From an uncultured virus (IMG/VR IMGVR_UViG_2049941000_000086) (lineage: Duplodnaviria; Heunggongvirae; Uroviricota; Caudoviricetes): DNA of 64,000 nucleotides. The notes under the pieces are model-generated. The model searched no databases. It was not told the DNA's origin and was given only the letters and a program-made list of their open reading frames with translations. How positions within the stretch are numbered: the stretch's first letter is position 1; each line of letters starts with the position of its first letter. The stretch is taken from IMG/VR virus record IMGVR_UViG_2049941000_000086; one strand, written 5' to 3'. The translations under genes were made by a program, and so were the position numbers. This document shows positions 8,209 to 20,183 of the stretch, piece after piece.

Positions 8209-11200
8209 GTTGTGACTATAGTGTTGCTCGTATAGTACGTGGTGTTTACCGACGGGTCTCCGGTAAACGAACCTCCGGTGCCGGAGAACATATTGTAAGT
8301 TGCCAGAGTCGCCGCCGTTCCGTTTCCGCCGCTGGGAATCCTGTATTGCGTTGTGTAACTTCCGGTCTGAGCAGAAGACAGTTTGATCTGTGTGCAGTTT
8401 TGGAACATGGACATGTAGCAGTACGGTTCCAACTGTTCCGACGGGAGTACCGGAAGTTCTTCCAACGCCGTGCAGTCTGAATACATGGTAATACAACATC
8501 CTGGCGCAAGAGTTGTTGCGGGCATCGCGGCGGCCTTTTTCAGCGCTTCGCATCCGGAAAACATTGAGTTATAACAGTAAGTAGCAAGCGTGGTCGCCGG
8601 AAGTTCGGGAGGCTCCGTGATTCCGGACAATGCGAACTTCGCCATATAGCAGTCTTCGCTGAGCGTCATGGCCGTGAGTTCCGGTGCTTTCACCAGCGCC
8701 TCACAACTGCGGAACATATACCGGCAGCATTGCGCCGCCATCGCCGGGTGCCCTCCGTTTTGCACCGTTTCCCAGTCCAGCAGGGCTTCTATCGTCCCGT
8801 AGGCGGACACGCCGCTTCCGATGATGTGCCACCCGGCATTGTCTCTGTAGTCTGTCAGGACCGTGTTTCCGATCCCACGAAGGTAGAGATTGTTTCCGGC
8901 TCCGGAGGTAATGGAAATGCCGTTCCATTCCTGCCAGTTTTCTCCGTCGGTGGAGTACTCCATCGTCCCGTCCCATGTAGCAACCTGTCCGTCCGGGTAA
9001 ATACTGAATGGAGCGTTGGAAGAAAACCGCAGCCATACTCCTTCGGTGGGCTCCGGCTCCGGGGGCCATTCCGTCACCGTAGCCACGGGATAGTCATTTA
9101 CCGACACCGCAGATATTGTCATAGCCCCGTTGTACGCCAGCGGTCTTGTAAAGCCCTGGATCAGATGCCGCTCCACCGGGCTTCCCGGCTTGTCCGTCCG
9201 CACGATTTCCACAAGGGAGTTGAGGTCGATGTGCATCATTTGGATGCAGCTTATGCTCACCGCTTTCTGCAAGACGCTGCTTCGCTTCAGCCTCCATTCC
9301 GCCAGGTCGCGGCACTGCGTCGAGGTGGCGTAGCCGCTTGCGCTTTCGTACTTTGTCTTTCTCCCGATGAGATATACGTTGGTATCGCTGCGCGGGTCAT
9401 AGTTCGTCGCCCGTCCTCCGGGCTGCGAGTAATCGTCCAGCATTTCCCCCACAACGATATAGTCGTTGTAAACGTCTTCTTTCTTGACAGTGTAAGCCAT
9501 TCCAAGGAGTTGTGCTTCCTCCGGGGTAAAACGCCAGAGCACCGGCTTGTTGATATCCAGGATGTCATCCTGGCTTGGATCGACGCGCAGCCTGCCGGTG
9601 TTGTCGTAGCCCACCCATGCGTTCACCATTCCGGCCAGACCGATGATGATCTGTGCTTTCGTGCCTCCGTCTCCGTTCACCGTCAGCGTGTAGGGGCTGT
9701 CCGTCATGGAGGCTACCGTTCCGTCCGTCAGCTCCTGCGTTTTCCCGTTGTAATACTCCGTGTAAACGGGGGTCATATTGTCCAGGGGAAGTCCATTCCC
9801 CCGGTCCTCTGCCAAAAGCTCCGTGATGGGCTCAAAGATATTCGTGCCCACTGGAACTTCGTATGTGCCCTCCAGCTTCCCACCCAAAGTCCCGTCCAGC
9901 TCCGCCCATTTGTCCAGCAAGCGATAAGTCACGCTCTTTGTCTTCGGGTCTATTTTCTCCTGCGGGTTGTCGATAACGAATACCCCGGTTTGCCGGTAGT
10001 ATTCGCTCCCGTCCGAGAGGACAAGCCCTTCGTCCAGCGCAATCTCCTGTCCAAACCACACCTTGTTTACGGTGGTTTCAAAGGCCAAGTCCGCGTTGTC
10101 CAGCGTCACCGTGGCGCTGAGCCTCTGCCCGTTCTGAAGATTAGCAGTCACCGTACCGCTGGCGATAAAGGCGTGGCTTCGCTTGTTGCGCGGGTTGTTA
10201 TCAAGCGCGTAGGCAGTAGTTCCGTTGGGATTCAGGAAGCGCAGACGGCAGAGCTTTATAAAAGGAGTTCGGAGCTGCTTCAGATAGTCCTTTTGCCGCT
10301 CGATGGTGTTGAGATCACGCCCGACAAGGACATACAAAACGGCAGGATTGGAGTCGTAGTAGCCGCTTCCGGGGATTGCCGCCGTCAGAGAATAAATATA
10401 GGTCTGCNNNNNNNNNNNNNNNNNNNNNNNNNNNNNNNNNNNNNNNNNAGTGGTAAGTCCCGTATCGCTGTAGGTCTTTGCGTGTCCCTGATAGATGGTG
10501 ACCCCGTCCCGCTTCAGTGTGTATGTCACCGTCGTTCCGTAGTTTCTGAGTGTCCAATTAAGCACGACGTCGGTGGAAGTCTGGCTGGCTTCGATCAGGT
10601 CAGGCGTTTCGATCTGCGGGCGGACCGCCACGGTGATGCTGGTCCCAGTGCTGTCGTAATATCCGTTTGCTTTTGCGTACACCGTGTAAACGTAGTTGGT
10701 TCCGGGGTTCGTGCCGATATCCGTGTAGCTGGTCGCGCTGGTGCTTCCCACCTTGGTTCCGTCCCTGTAAACGTCATATCCGGTCGCTCCAGAAGCCGCA
10801 GCCCACGTCAGGCTGACGGTGCTTACCGTCTGCGTGTAATTCAGGTTCGTCACATTGGGAAGCTGGGGCTTGTTGGCTGTACTGATGCTTGCCGCGTCGC
10901 TGTCCCACCGTCCGCTTGCCTTTGCGGTGACGGTATAAAAGACGCTGACTCCGGCCCCGGCGCTGGAATCCACGTACTTTTCCGTGTTTACGCTGGCGAC
11001 GGTAGTCCCGTTTTTCTTGACAGTATAGCTGGAAGCTCCGGCCACCGCATTCCATTGTATCGTCGTGGATGTGCTTGTATAGCTCGCCCTCAGATTCGTC
11101 GGTGTGTCCAGTTTGCCTTGTGAGGTGTAGTTCACCACCGTCGGCTCGCTCTCCGCGTAGGATGCGGACCACGCCGCTATCTGCCTCGTATAAGCCTCGC

Positions 11201-12308
11201 CGTCGTCGATCCCAGTCTCCGTGTAGGGCGAGGAGGAGATCGTGCTCAGAAGATTCCCACTGCCGTCGTACACCTTGTATGCGCTGGCGTTGGTCACGGC
11301 GGTAAAGGCGATCTGCACTGTTCCCTCTGTCGGATAGGTGATTCCCGTGACCGTTGGGCTTGCAAGCTGGCCCTGGATGACGGTGATGCGAATATAGCCT
11401 TCACCCCGATGTCCTGCCGCCGCCGTTGTTCCGTCCGGCTCCGTGATGGTGCTGCCTTCCTGCCCGCTGATAGTAGAAGCGTCCGTCAGCCAATAGCTGC
11501 TCCCAAGCGCGTAGCCGCTTGGAACGCTTCCTGCCGTGGAGGATGTCAGTACAAAGCCGCTGCCGCCCCCTCCGGGATAGACGTACTCTACCACGTTCGG
11601 GGCTGTCCCCGTAGTCTGCGTCCCACCGGCCCCACCGCCGTACCAGCCTCCGCCTCCCATTCCCTGCTCGGTGAAGCTGCTGTTTTGCCAGTATCCACCG
11701 GCCCCGAAAATGCCGTTGCTGTACCAGTGATTTTGCAGGTTGTAGCCCGCGCCCGTCGCGCCTCCTCCGGTCTGCGTACCGCCCTGTCCGTAACGTCCGC
11801 TTCCACCGGCCAGTCCGGAAGCCCCTCCGCCGCCTCCGGCGTTCAGGTCTCCGCCGACGCCGCTCCACGTATTCGTGTAATATCCGGATTGCCCGCCTCC
11901 TCCTGCCGTCAGGACGCGGTGATACAGGCTGTTTTGCCCGATCCTTATATCGCTTCCCCCGCCGCTGCCGAAGTAGTAATCTCTGGTACTGTAGCTGTAA
12001 TGTCTGGCTTGCCCTCCGTTGTAGCCCACGCCTCCCGGAGTAAGGAAAACGGTTGCTTTGGCGCTCAGCGTCAGTGTACCCGCCGCATATCCTCCAGAGC
12101 CGTCCGCAGTTCCGGCGCTCCATCCGCCGAGACGTTCTTCAAAGTAACCGGCGGCGCTGCCCCATGCTTCCAGCCGATATATCCCCTTCGGCAGCGCCAT
12201 CTGTAAGCTTTGGCCCCTCCGTCCGTCGGAATTGCGGTAAGTGTAGTTCAGGATATCGCCGGTCAGCAGCTTGTCCGGAATACCGTCCCAAAGATTGTAT
12301 GTTGCCAT
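8205..12308 (-). CDS. large multidomain tail protein (Gly-rich domain, FN3 repeats, tail hub-like domain, LRR/BspA-like C-terminus)
   Basis: GGGG-rich N-terminus; W.AV.GA..Y.V FN3 repeats; ELPATTLA..CY.SMF..C repeats; GGAGG RBS. Confidence 0.85.
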   Translation of the reverse strand: MATYNLWDGIPDKLLTGDILNYTYRNSDGRRGQSLQMALPKGIYRLEAWGSAAGYFEERLGGWSAGTADGSGGYAAGTLTLSAKATVFLTPGGVGYNGGQARHYSYSTRDYYFGSGGGSDIRIGQNSLYHRVLTAGGGGQSGYYTNTWSGVGGDLNAGGGGGASGLAGGSGRYGQGGTQTGGGATGAGYNLQNHWYSNGIFGAGGYWQNSSFTEQGMGGGGWYGGGAGGTQTTGTAPNVVEYVYPGGGGSGFVLTSSTAGSVPSGYALGSSYWLTDASTISGQEGSTITEPDGTTAAAGHRGEGYIRITVIQGQLASPTVTGITYPTEGTVQIAFTAVTNASAYKVYDGSGNLLSTISSSPYTETGIDDGEAYTRQIAAWSASYAESEPTVVNYTSQGKLDTPTNLRASYTSTSTTIQWNAVAGASSYTVKKNGTTVASVNTEKYVDSSAGAGVSVFYTVTAKASGRWDSDAASISTANKPQLPNVTNLNYTQTVSTVSLTWAAASGATGYDVYRDGTKVGSTSATSYTDIGTNPGTNYVYTVYAKANGYYDSTGTSITVAVRPQIETPDLIEASQTSTDVVLNWTLRNYGTTVTYTLKRDGVTIYQGHAKTYSDTGLTTXXXXXXXXXXXXXXQTYIYSLTAAIPGSGYYDSNPAVLYVLVGRDLNTIERQKDYLKQLRTPFIKLCRLRFLNPNGTTAYALDNNPRNKRSHAFIASGTVTANLQNGQRLSATVTLDNADLAFETTVNKVWFGQEIALDEGLVLSDGSEYYRQTGVFVIDNPQEKIDPKTKSVTYRLLDKWAELDGTLGGKLEGTYEVPVGTNIFEPITELLAEDRGNGLPLDNMTPVYTEYYNGKTQELTDGTVASMTDSPYTLTVNGDGGTKAQIIIGLAGMVNAWVGYDNTGRLRVDPSQDDILDINKPVLWRFTPEEAQLLGMAYTVKKEDVYNDYIVVGEMLDDYSQPGGRATNYDPRSDTNVYLIGRKTKYESASGYATSTQCRDLAEWRLKRSSVLQKAVSISCIQMMHIDLNSLVEIVRTDKPGSPVERHLIQGFTRPLAYNGAMTISAVSVNDYPVATVTEWPPEPEPTEGVWLRFSSNAPFSIYPDGQVATWDGTMEYSTDGENWQEWNGISITSGAGNNLYLRGIGNTVLTDYRDNAGWHIIGSGVSAYGTIEALLDWETVQNGGHPAMAAQCCRYMFRSCEALVKAPELTAMTLSEDCYMAKFALSGITEPPELPATTLATYCYNSMFSGCEALKKAAAMPATTLAPGCCITMYSDCTALEELPVLPSEQLEPYCYMSMFQNCTQIKLSSAQTGSYTTQYRIPSGGNGTAATLATYNMFSGTGGSFTGDPSVNTTYYTSNTIVTT

Positions 12309-12328
12309 TCGTTCCACCTCCCCGTATT

Positions 12329-13800
12329 TTAAGAGGGGATACCCCAAATCCCGGTCTCTGCCGCGTCTTCGAGCGCGATCCACGGAACCGACACCGTCTG
12401 CGCAAGAGACTCAGTTTTTTCGTTGGTCGCAGTCGTCACAGCTCCGTTGAAGCGGACGCGCATCACGTCTCCCTTGCTGCTCTTGAGGAACAACGGCTCC
12501 TGCGTGACGCTGAGCGCCGTCAGCGCGTTTCTGATCGTCAGGCTGTCTGTATACCTTCCGTTCGTCACCGTCCCCACAAGGGCCTTCAGCACTCCGCTGC
12601 GGTAGTTCTGCGGTGCAGGCTGCACCGTTGGGTTCGCAGTGAAGTTTTGCAGTACGTTGGGGGCGTTGTTGTTGGAGATGCTTCCCGGTTCCATGTTGTA
12701 TTTGAAGTGGAATTGCGTACTGACCGTAAAACTCCCGTCCCCGTTTTGGCTTGTGGTCAGCAGCGTCCAGCGGTAAAAGACGGGGCTTATGGCGGTGCTC
12801 TGAACCGGGCTTCCGATGATGGAACCGGCGCTGTTTGTCGCAGCTACGAGATAGTCGTAGGGGCCTTGTCCGCTGGCGCAGCCGTAGTCCGTAATGCTTC
12901 TGACGCCTACGCCCACATCCGCGACTTTCACCAGAACGCCGCTTCCATCCTGTTCTCTGAATATAGCCCATCTGCTTTGACCGCTGGCCGTACTTAGTCC
13001 GGTCCAGTCGATGATGACGCCGTTCACGTCCTTCTGCACCCCGACCGTCACGGTCCCCGTGGTAGGCGTCACGCTGTAGCTGACGGTAAATGTCTGCCAG
13101 CCCGTGCTGAGAAGAACGCCGCTGCTGGTCTGTCCGGTGGCCCGGAAGCTGTAATTGAATCCGCTGCGGAAGCCACGGTAGGTGCAGGTATATACCGCCG
13201 CGCCGTAGATGTTGCCGCTGTCGTAGATNNNNNNNNNNNNNNNNNNNNNNNNNNNNNNNNNNNNNNNNNNNNNNNNNNNNTGCTTCCCTGCGCGATCTCG
13301 TACCGCACCCAGTCCAGGGTGTCCCCCTGCGCCTGTGAATAGGTAAGCGTGAAAGTATAGGCGCTGCTCGTCACCGTGGCGGGGACGGAAGCCAGATTGA
13401 AGCTGGGGTTGCTCCGCGTGATGAAAACACTTGCGCTGCTCTGCGTCACGCTGGCCTCCTCCCCGTTGTCGTCGTAATACTGGGTAATCACCATCTTGTA
13501 TTCGTTCCCGTTGGTGACCCCAGCGCCGCTCAGGGCGGAGGCGCTGATGGTATAGCTGTAGTATTGCAGTTCTCCCAGTGCGTCTGCTCCGTAGAACGGT
13601 GTTGAAAACGTGACCTTCCCCGTCGTGTACTTCTGCGTACTGGCCTCGTTATTCAGGTATATGGTTATCTTCATGCCCGTCATGACCGGGTAATCTCCGT
13701 TCACCTGCCACGAGACCTTCATGGGCAGCGTCGCGTCGATGACGCCAAGCCCGATACCACTTTTCAAATCGGGGATTACGTTGGTGGCTTGAAATAGCAT
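12329..13800 (-). CDS. tail protein (one gene; frame break only at the N gap 13229-13280)
   Basis: After the gap IYDSGNIYGAAVYTCTY..SVTPTTGTVTV runs in frame into the 12329 ORF; lies directly after the tape measure gene. Confidence 0.75.
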
Positions 13801-13823
13801 GGCTTATTTTCCCCCTTCGTTTA

Positions 13824-16800
13824 TCAGACCGCGCCTTTGTATTGCCCAAGGCCGCCCGCCAACCTCGCCAGGTCTGCCACGGTCATGCTTTTGGCATCGC
13901 TTTCGCCGATTCTGATTCCGTTGATGTTGTAAGTATCTCCGCTGGTGGTGTTCGTGTTGGTGGTCGTGACCGCCCCCGCGCTTACGGGGATGTCCGCCGT
14001 TTCAAATCCGCCGGAGTCCATCATTCCCAAGTCGCTGTTGGCAAGGTCCATCATCCCGTTGCCCCACGCGGATTCTACGGGGGTCAGCGTTTTCCCGTCT
14101 TCTCCTACTGCCCAGCGGTTTCCCCAAAGGTCCTGTATCGTGCTTCCGGCATTCACGCCGGTCTGGTACAGTTGTCCGTTCAGGATCAGCAGGTGTTCTC
14201 CGTTGGCGTTTCCGTCTACCGCCCGCACCCAGCCGGTCGTCGTATCTCCCCGGATGCTTCCGAAAGTGCCTCCCTCGCCGGAATGCAGGGAGTTTATCAG
14301 GGCTGTGATTTCCTCCTGCGGAGCACCGGAGGCCACCATGTCTTCCAGTTGCAGCAATTTTGCCGCGTATTCAGGGTCGGCTTCCATGAGATTGGAGTAT
14401 TGCGCCCAAGCTTCGGGGTCCGTCCATCGCAGCGGGTTTGTATAGGCGTTCATTGGAGCGCCGTATATTCCCTTTCTGACTTCGGCCATGCTCTTGGCAG
14501 CGTTGGCCTCTACCGCATCCTGAAGGGTGTCGTATTCGCTCCCGTCGTAAAGCCGGTATTTGGGTTTCCCGTTAGATCCCGTGACCGCCGTAATGACCCC
14601 GACGTTTCCGGAACCAGTTCCACCGCTTCCGCCGNNNNNNNNNNNNNNNNNNNNNNNNNNNNNNNNNNNNNNNNNNNNNNNNNNNNNNNNNNNNNNNNNN
14701 NNNNNNNNNNNNNNNNNNNNNNNNNNNNNNNNNNNNNNNNNNNNNNNNNNNNNNNNNNNNNNNNNNNNNNNNGGCGCTGTAGTCCACGCCTTTCTGGCTG
14801 CCGTAGAGCTGGCTTCCGTTGAGATACCAGTAGCCGCTGGGGTCGTAGGTCGCGCCGATCAGCTTTCCGAGATATTCGTTCTGCGCGTGGAGCATTGCCT
14901 TTTCTTCGTCGTTGGCGTCGAACCACCGGGCGGAGTTCACCTTCATGAGATTGATGATGACGGCTTTCCACAGCTCGTCGATGCTCATGTTGGTCTTGTC
15001 CATCCCGGCGATGGCTTCTTCCAGCGCCCCGGTCATGTCGATGCCGTACTTGTCGGCTATCTCTTTTGCCCGGTCGCGGAGGTACGAGTAGGCGTCCTCC
15101 ATCGTCCACTCGCCGTTCTTTATCTTCTCGGAAGCCTCGTCAAAGGCATCCTTGAAAGCGCCGACGGCGGTCTCGTACTGCTTCAGCTTCTCATTGAGTA
15201 CGCCCACGCTGGCCCCCAGGCTGTTCGCTACCTCCTGCGTCAGACCGTCGATGCCGTAGTTCAGGTCTTTGAAGCCGCCGATGCTGTCTTCGAGGACGTA
15301 ACCCAGGTCTACCCCGTAGGTGTCCTGAATCCGCGTCATGGCATCGTACATATAGTCGTAGGCTTCCTTGAAGGTCATAGCCCCGGCCTTTATCTGCTCG
15401 GTGACGTACTCCCACGCGCTCTTGAATTCCTTCCAAGCCTGCTCCCGCTGGTACTTGTTCAGATCATCCTGCGCCTTTTTCAGCGCGTCCTGTGCGCTCT
15501 TGACGTTCTTTGCGTTGGCCTGCCACTCCCACTGACCCGTCTCCGCGTTGTAGTACCGAACAGTGCGCTCTTTCTGTGCGTTGGCAAGGGCGGCTTCCGC
15601 CTGCTGTACCGCAAGGATTCTCTCTTCGAGGGTCAGCTCCTTTTCCTTGTCGGCAACGAGCTTGTCGTAGTATTCGTCAACCTGCTTCTTGAGGGTATCG
15701 AACATCTCCTGCTGGAGTTTCTTCTGTTCTTCCAGCAGTTTCTTTTCTTCTTCCAGCTTCTTGAGGCGCTCTTCCTCCGCTTTGGCGAGGTCGTCGTTGA
15801 TGTTCTTCTGGATGTTCCACCACTCGGTACTCAGACCGAGGATTTCTTCTTCCAGCGCCTTTATCTTGGCTTCATGCTCCGCCTTGTCCTCTTCCGCGAC
15901 TTCCTCCGCCTTGAGGATTTCGAGCTGGCCGCGCAGATATTCCGCTTCGTCGTGGAGCGCCGCCTGAATGACCTTGCGCTTGGCGTTGATCTCGTCCAGG
16001 CTTTTCCCGCTGGCCTGCAAGAAACTGAGTTCCGCCTTTTCCAGACTGACGATGGCTTTCAGCCGTTCCAGTTCAGGGTCTTTGGTGCTCTCCGGTGCAG
16101 TGGATACTGGGGTATAGCTGCCCCGTCCGCCGCTGCTCGTGTCCGGCTTATAGCTGCTCCGCGCCCGCAGCGTGGCGATATAGGAGTCCCACTCGGCTTT
16201 TTGTGCCTTGACCCCTGCAAGCTGAGATTGTGCGATATCATAATGAGATTGCGACGCCCCTGCGCCGGTAAATGCCAGAACGCCTGCCATCTGTGCCTGT
16301 GCCTGCTGGTTCGTCATAGCTGCTACCGCAGCACCGGCAATGTCCCAGTAGGCGGCGGCTACTGCTTCCAATTCGCTGATGGCGCTGGAGAATTCCAACT
16401 GTTTCTGCGTGTCGATGAAGTCCAGAAGGGCGTCCTTACTTCCCAATACGCTTTCTTTGGTAAGCAAAGTCGCCGTGTCGAAGTCATACAGCTTATCCGT
16501 GCTGCCGGGGATTTCCGCCTCCAGCTTGACCATGGCGTTGTAGACTTCGATACTTCCCGCACCGAAGTCCGTCATGGCGGTGATGACTTCTCCGATGGCG
16601 GTGTCGTACTTGGTCGCCGCGTCGCTGGCTTCCGCAAGCCTTTCCGTCAGGGATTTTGTGTATTTCGATGTGCCGTCCTGCGCATTCCCAAGGTCGCGTG
16701 TGTGACCCGCAACGCCGCTTCCGCTTTCTTCAACTCGCTGGTAAGTACCGTCCAGAATGGAAAGCGCAGTCTCGTAAGCGTCTACGGTGGTCGTCGCTTC

Positions 16801-19452
16801 TTCGTATTCTTTTTTCAGCCGTTTGTACTCGTCCGTCAGAACGCCGAGAGCACGAGCCTGCGCGTTGGTCATGCTCTCCGCTTTCATGGCGTCGTCGATG
16901 GCTTTTTCGTAAAACGCTATGGCTTCCTCATAGGAAAACTGCTGATTGATACCGCCGTAGTCCATGTTTACTTTCCTGTCCCCGGACAGGATGTTCTGAG
17001 ACATGCGGTAGGCTGCCTGGTTGTCTATGGTGTACTGACGGGCCTTGGCTTTTGTTTCATCATCGATGAGGCCGATTGCGATTTTACGCAGTTCGTTTAC
17101 ATCGTTGATGCTCTCCCATTCTTCGTTATACTTATCCGTAGTTTTTTTAAGGAGATCAATCAGTTCGTCCCGGCTCAGGTTTTCGCTTCCGAGTTTTTCG
17201 GTAAGGTCATCGTATTTGTCGGTCAGGTTCTGAATGCTTGCCGCTTCCGTGGCCGCTTTTTCTAGCGACTCCCGCCTCGCCTGTTCTACCTGACGGTAAA
17301 TCATGATAAAGGCGCTGACGGCCGTAATCATGAGGCCAATGGAAGTGGTCGCAGCCGTCATGTTGGAGGTTGTGCCTTTCAGCACGTCCCCAAGGTTCTT
17401 AAAGGTATCTCGCACGTCTTTGAGTGCGCCTATGACCTCTTTGCCCTTAAAGATGGTAAACAGACCCGCTGCTGCGGTAGCGGCAAGACCGGCATTGTCT
17501 GCAAAGTCTACGACTGCCGTGGAAATGTCCAGAATACCTTTGATAAAGTCGGAGTTAATGGTATTGGCGATAAACTCCGTCCAGGTGTTCTTGAGGATGT
17601 TGGTCTTGGCTTCCCAAGTGTCCAGCATGACGCCGATTTCTTTGTCTGCGCTTCCGGCGCTCTGCGTAGTCTTGTCCAGCATCTCCTGCATCATGTCGAA
17701 GTTCTGGACTAGAGCGGTCAGTTGGTTGGTACGGAGCTTGCCGCCCAAGCTGGAAAGGACTTCAAAAAGTTCCGCCTGATTGACGAGACCTTCCTCGCTG
17801 GCCTTGGCAAGCGCGGCGATAGCTTCCATCGGGTTGATGACGGTCCCGGCTGCTTTCGCTGCCGCCAGCGCGTCTTTCGCGTAGACCTGGAGGATGCCGT
17901 CCAAAGACTTCACGGATTCTTCCGTGATTTCGATTCCGTCCTCATACTCGCCGACGGCTCCAAGGATGTTCAGTATCAATGCGCGGAGGGCGGTGGCTGC
18001 CTTGGTGCCGGTCTCCTGCGTGACGCTTGTGATTGTTCCAAGGGCGGCTATGGTTTCTTCAAACGTCATGCCAGCCTGCGCTGCAATGCTGGAAACAATA
18101 GGCATACCTGCTGCCAGCTTTTCGATGCTGGTAGCGTAGTTATTCTCGATGATGTTTGCGGCGTCCAGCGTCTTGTTCAGAGTGGCGATGTCGCCGTTCA
18201 TTTTCCACGCCGCGTTGGAAGCAATCAGGAATTTGTTGGCTACGCTGCTGGTAACGTCACCGACGAGCTGCGTCTTTGTGGCAATTTCCGCAAGCTGTTC
18301 GGACTGATCTCCGAAACCGGCCTTGGCAAATTCCGCCACGCTCTCCAGATAGTCCTGCGCGGCAACGCCGTAAGCGGACGCCACCTTGTATGCGGCCTCC
18401 GCTGTTCTCTGCATTTGCTGGTCGGTACGGTCCGTGACCTTCTGGATATTGGCAAGCTCCGTGTCCACCTCTTTCATGGTGGCAAGGGCTTCCCGCAGGC
18501 TTCCGATGACCTTTGTGACGATGTTGCCGCCAATGTACCAGCGGGCGAACTTCTGAATGTTCATCCAGAAGGATTCCGTCACCTTGTCGAGTTTATTGGT
18601 TTCTTCTCTGACCTCTGCGAGCTGCGCTTTCTCCTTTTTAAGCCCGGAACTCAGGCGATCAACGTCACCTACAAAAGTCTTGCTGGTGCTGTCAAGATTC
18701 TGAAGTTCTCTCTGTGCCTCCCGTGCTTCTTTTTCGATTTCGTCGAAGGTTCCTTCCGGGTATTGCGCTTTGAGTACCTCAATCTGCCGAATGAAGTTTG
18801 CGTATTCCCGGCGAAGGGAAACTACCTGATCTTCAGCTTTCTTCTGTGCCGCCGCCTGACGCTGGGCCTGCTTTTCAGCTTCGGCAGCATCCTTCTCGTC
18901 CTGTTCCCGATTGAATCGGGACATTTGCAGCTTGAGCTTGTTCTTTTCTTCGGTGGCTTTCCGCTCGGCTTCCAGTTCTTTCTGCCGCTTTTCTTCAGCT
19001 TCTCTGGCGTCTTCCTCGTCCCACTTCCTATACTGCTCAAAGACATAGCGTTTCAGCTTGACAAAATCATCCGCCTGCTTCTGCGCGATCTTGTCAAGCT
19101 CTTTGTAGTTTTTGATTTCGGACTCGGTGACGTTCCCCTGCGCGTCTTCGACGGTTTTGAATGCGGTAAGTGCCGTTTTCTGATATTCTCTGGTTTTTTG
19201 GATAAGGTCTCCGGTCGCTTTGTCCACGGTTGTTGTAGACCGCATGAGCGTTCCGTATTCTTTGTCCAGCCGTCCCGCCTGTGTAGCAACGTCCCGAAGA
19301 TCTGTCGCCAGCTTCTTCGCCGCCTGAGCGCCGCTGCTGTCAATGGTGATTTTGACATTCCCGATGCTTTTTGAAATGTCATTCTTTATCGCTGCGATAG
19401 CTTTGCTTACTTCGCTGTAATCCGGCTTGAATACCAGTTTAATCTCTGCCAT
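13824..19452 (-). CDS. tape measure protein (one gene across the N gap 14635-14772)
   Basis: TP901-like core (VDTELANIQKVTD, SSIAAQAGMTFEETIAALG), long helical region; post-gap frame joins 13824-14489. Confidence 0.92.
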
Positions 19453-19475
19453 TTCGTTCTACCGCCTCGTTTCCG

Positions 19476-20066
19476 TCAGTAGTTCCCGTCCGCGTCATCT
19501 CTTATAACGCCGGTAATGTGGTCGCCGGGTTCTGCTATTCCCCGCCTTTTCAGTTCCGCTTCTACGGTTCTTTCCAGTCTGCCGCCCTCGATCAGTTCTT
19601 CTATAAAGTTCTGCCAGAAAGGACGTTCCGGAATTCCCTTTCCCTTTCTGGGTTCATATTGGTAAGGGGGTTCTTTCTTTTCAATTCTCCCGATAAGCAG
19701 GTCTCCGTCTACGCCGTACCAATCCAGGTTTTCGTGTTTGCCTGTTGGCTCGTAGGAAAGACCGGCAACCCATTCCATCGTAGCATAGTCGAAGGGGCCT
19801 ATCTGTTGCGTATATTCTTTTTTTGTCACGGCTTTTCTGAGGGACACGCCCATGCCTCGGTGTTCGCTTCTTCTCAAATACGTTTTTGGTTCGTATATGG
19901 CGTGAGAGTATACGTCGTCACGGATGTGCTCTTCCAAAGCGTCTTTCATATCCGCGTAGACGGCGTTCGATATTTCTTCGCCGACTTTCGCGTTGAGTAT
20001 CAGCTTTGCTTCTTTCTCTATCGTCTCGAACCCGGACGCTTCGATTTTTACCCCTATATCCGCCAT
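19476..20066 (-). CDS. putative tail/neck component
   Basis: YEPKTYLR...ERPFWQN motifs; position upstream of the tape measure gene. Confidence 0.55.
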   Translation of the reverse strand: MADIGVKIEASGFETIEKEAKLILNAKVGEEISNAVYADMKDALEEHIRDDVYSHAIYEPKTYLRRSEHRGMGVSLRKAVTKKEYTQQIGPFDYATMEWVAGLSYEPTGKHENLDWYGVDGDLLIGRIEKKEPPYQYEPRKGKGIPERPFWQNFIEELIEGGRLERTVEAELKRRGIAEPGDHITGVIRDDADGNY

Positions 20067-20138
20067 TCCGTTCACCCCCGTCCAAGGCACAAATCAAAAC
20101 CTGCGCCCCGCACAGTCTTTGATTTATCCCCTGTTTCT

Positions 20139-20172
20139 ACAAATCCCCCGGCCCGAAAGCCGGGGGATTTGT
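20139..20172. terminator. stem-loop terminator after the major tail gene
   Basis: ACAAATCCCCCGGC / GCCGGGGGATTTGT perfect 14-bp inverted repeat. Confidence 0.7.
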
Positions 20173-20183
20173 TTTGCTGTGTT

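Noticed and set aside
2518..12308. Diversity-generating retroelement or shufflon acting on fibre genes
   Set aside because: No reverse transcriptase, no TR/VR pair with adenine-specific differences, and no inverted cassettes were seen.
8730..19374. Long plus-strand ORFs (8730-11123, 14560-17265, 17722-19374, and similar ones elsewhere)
   Set aside because: They are antisense shadows of GC-biased minus-strand genes, with no motifs.
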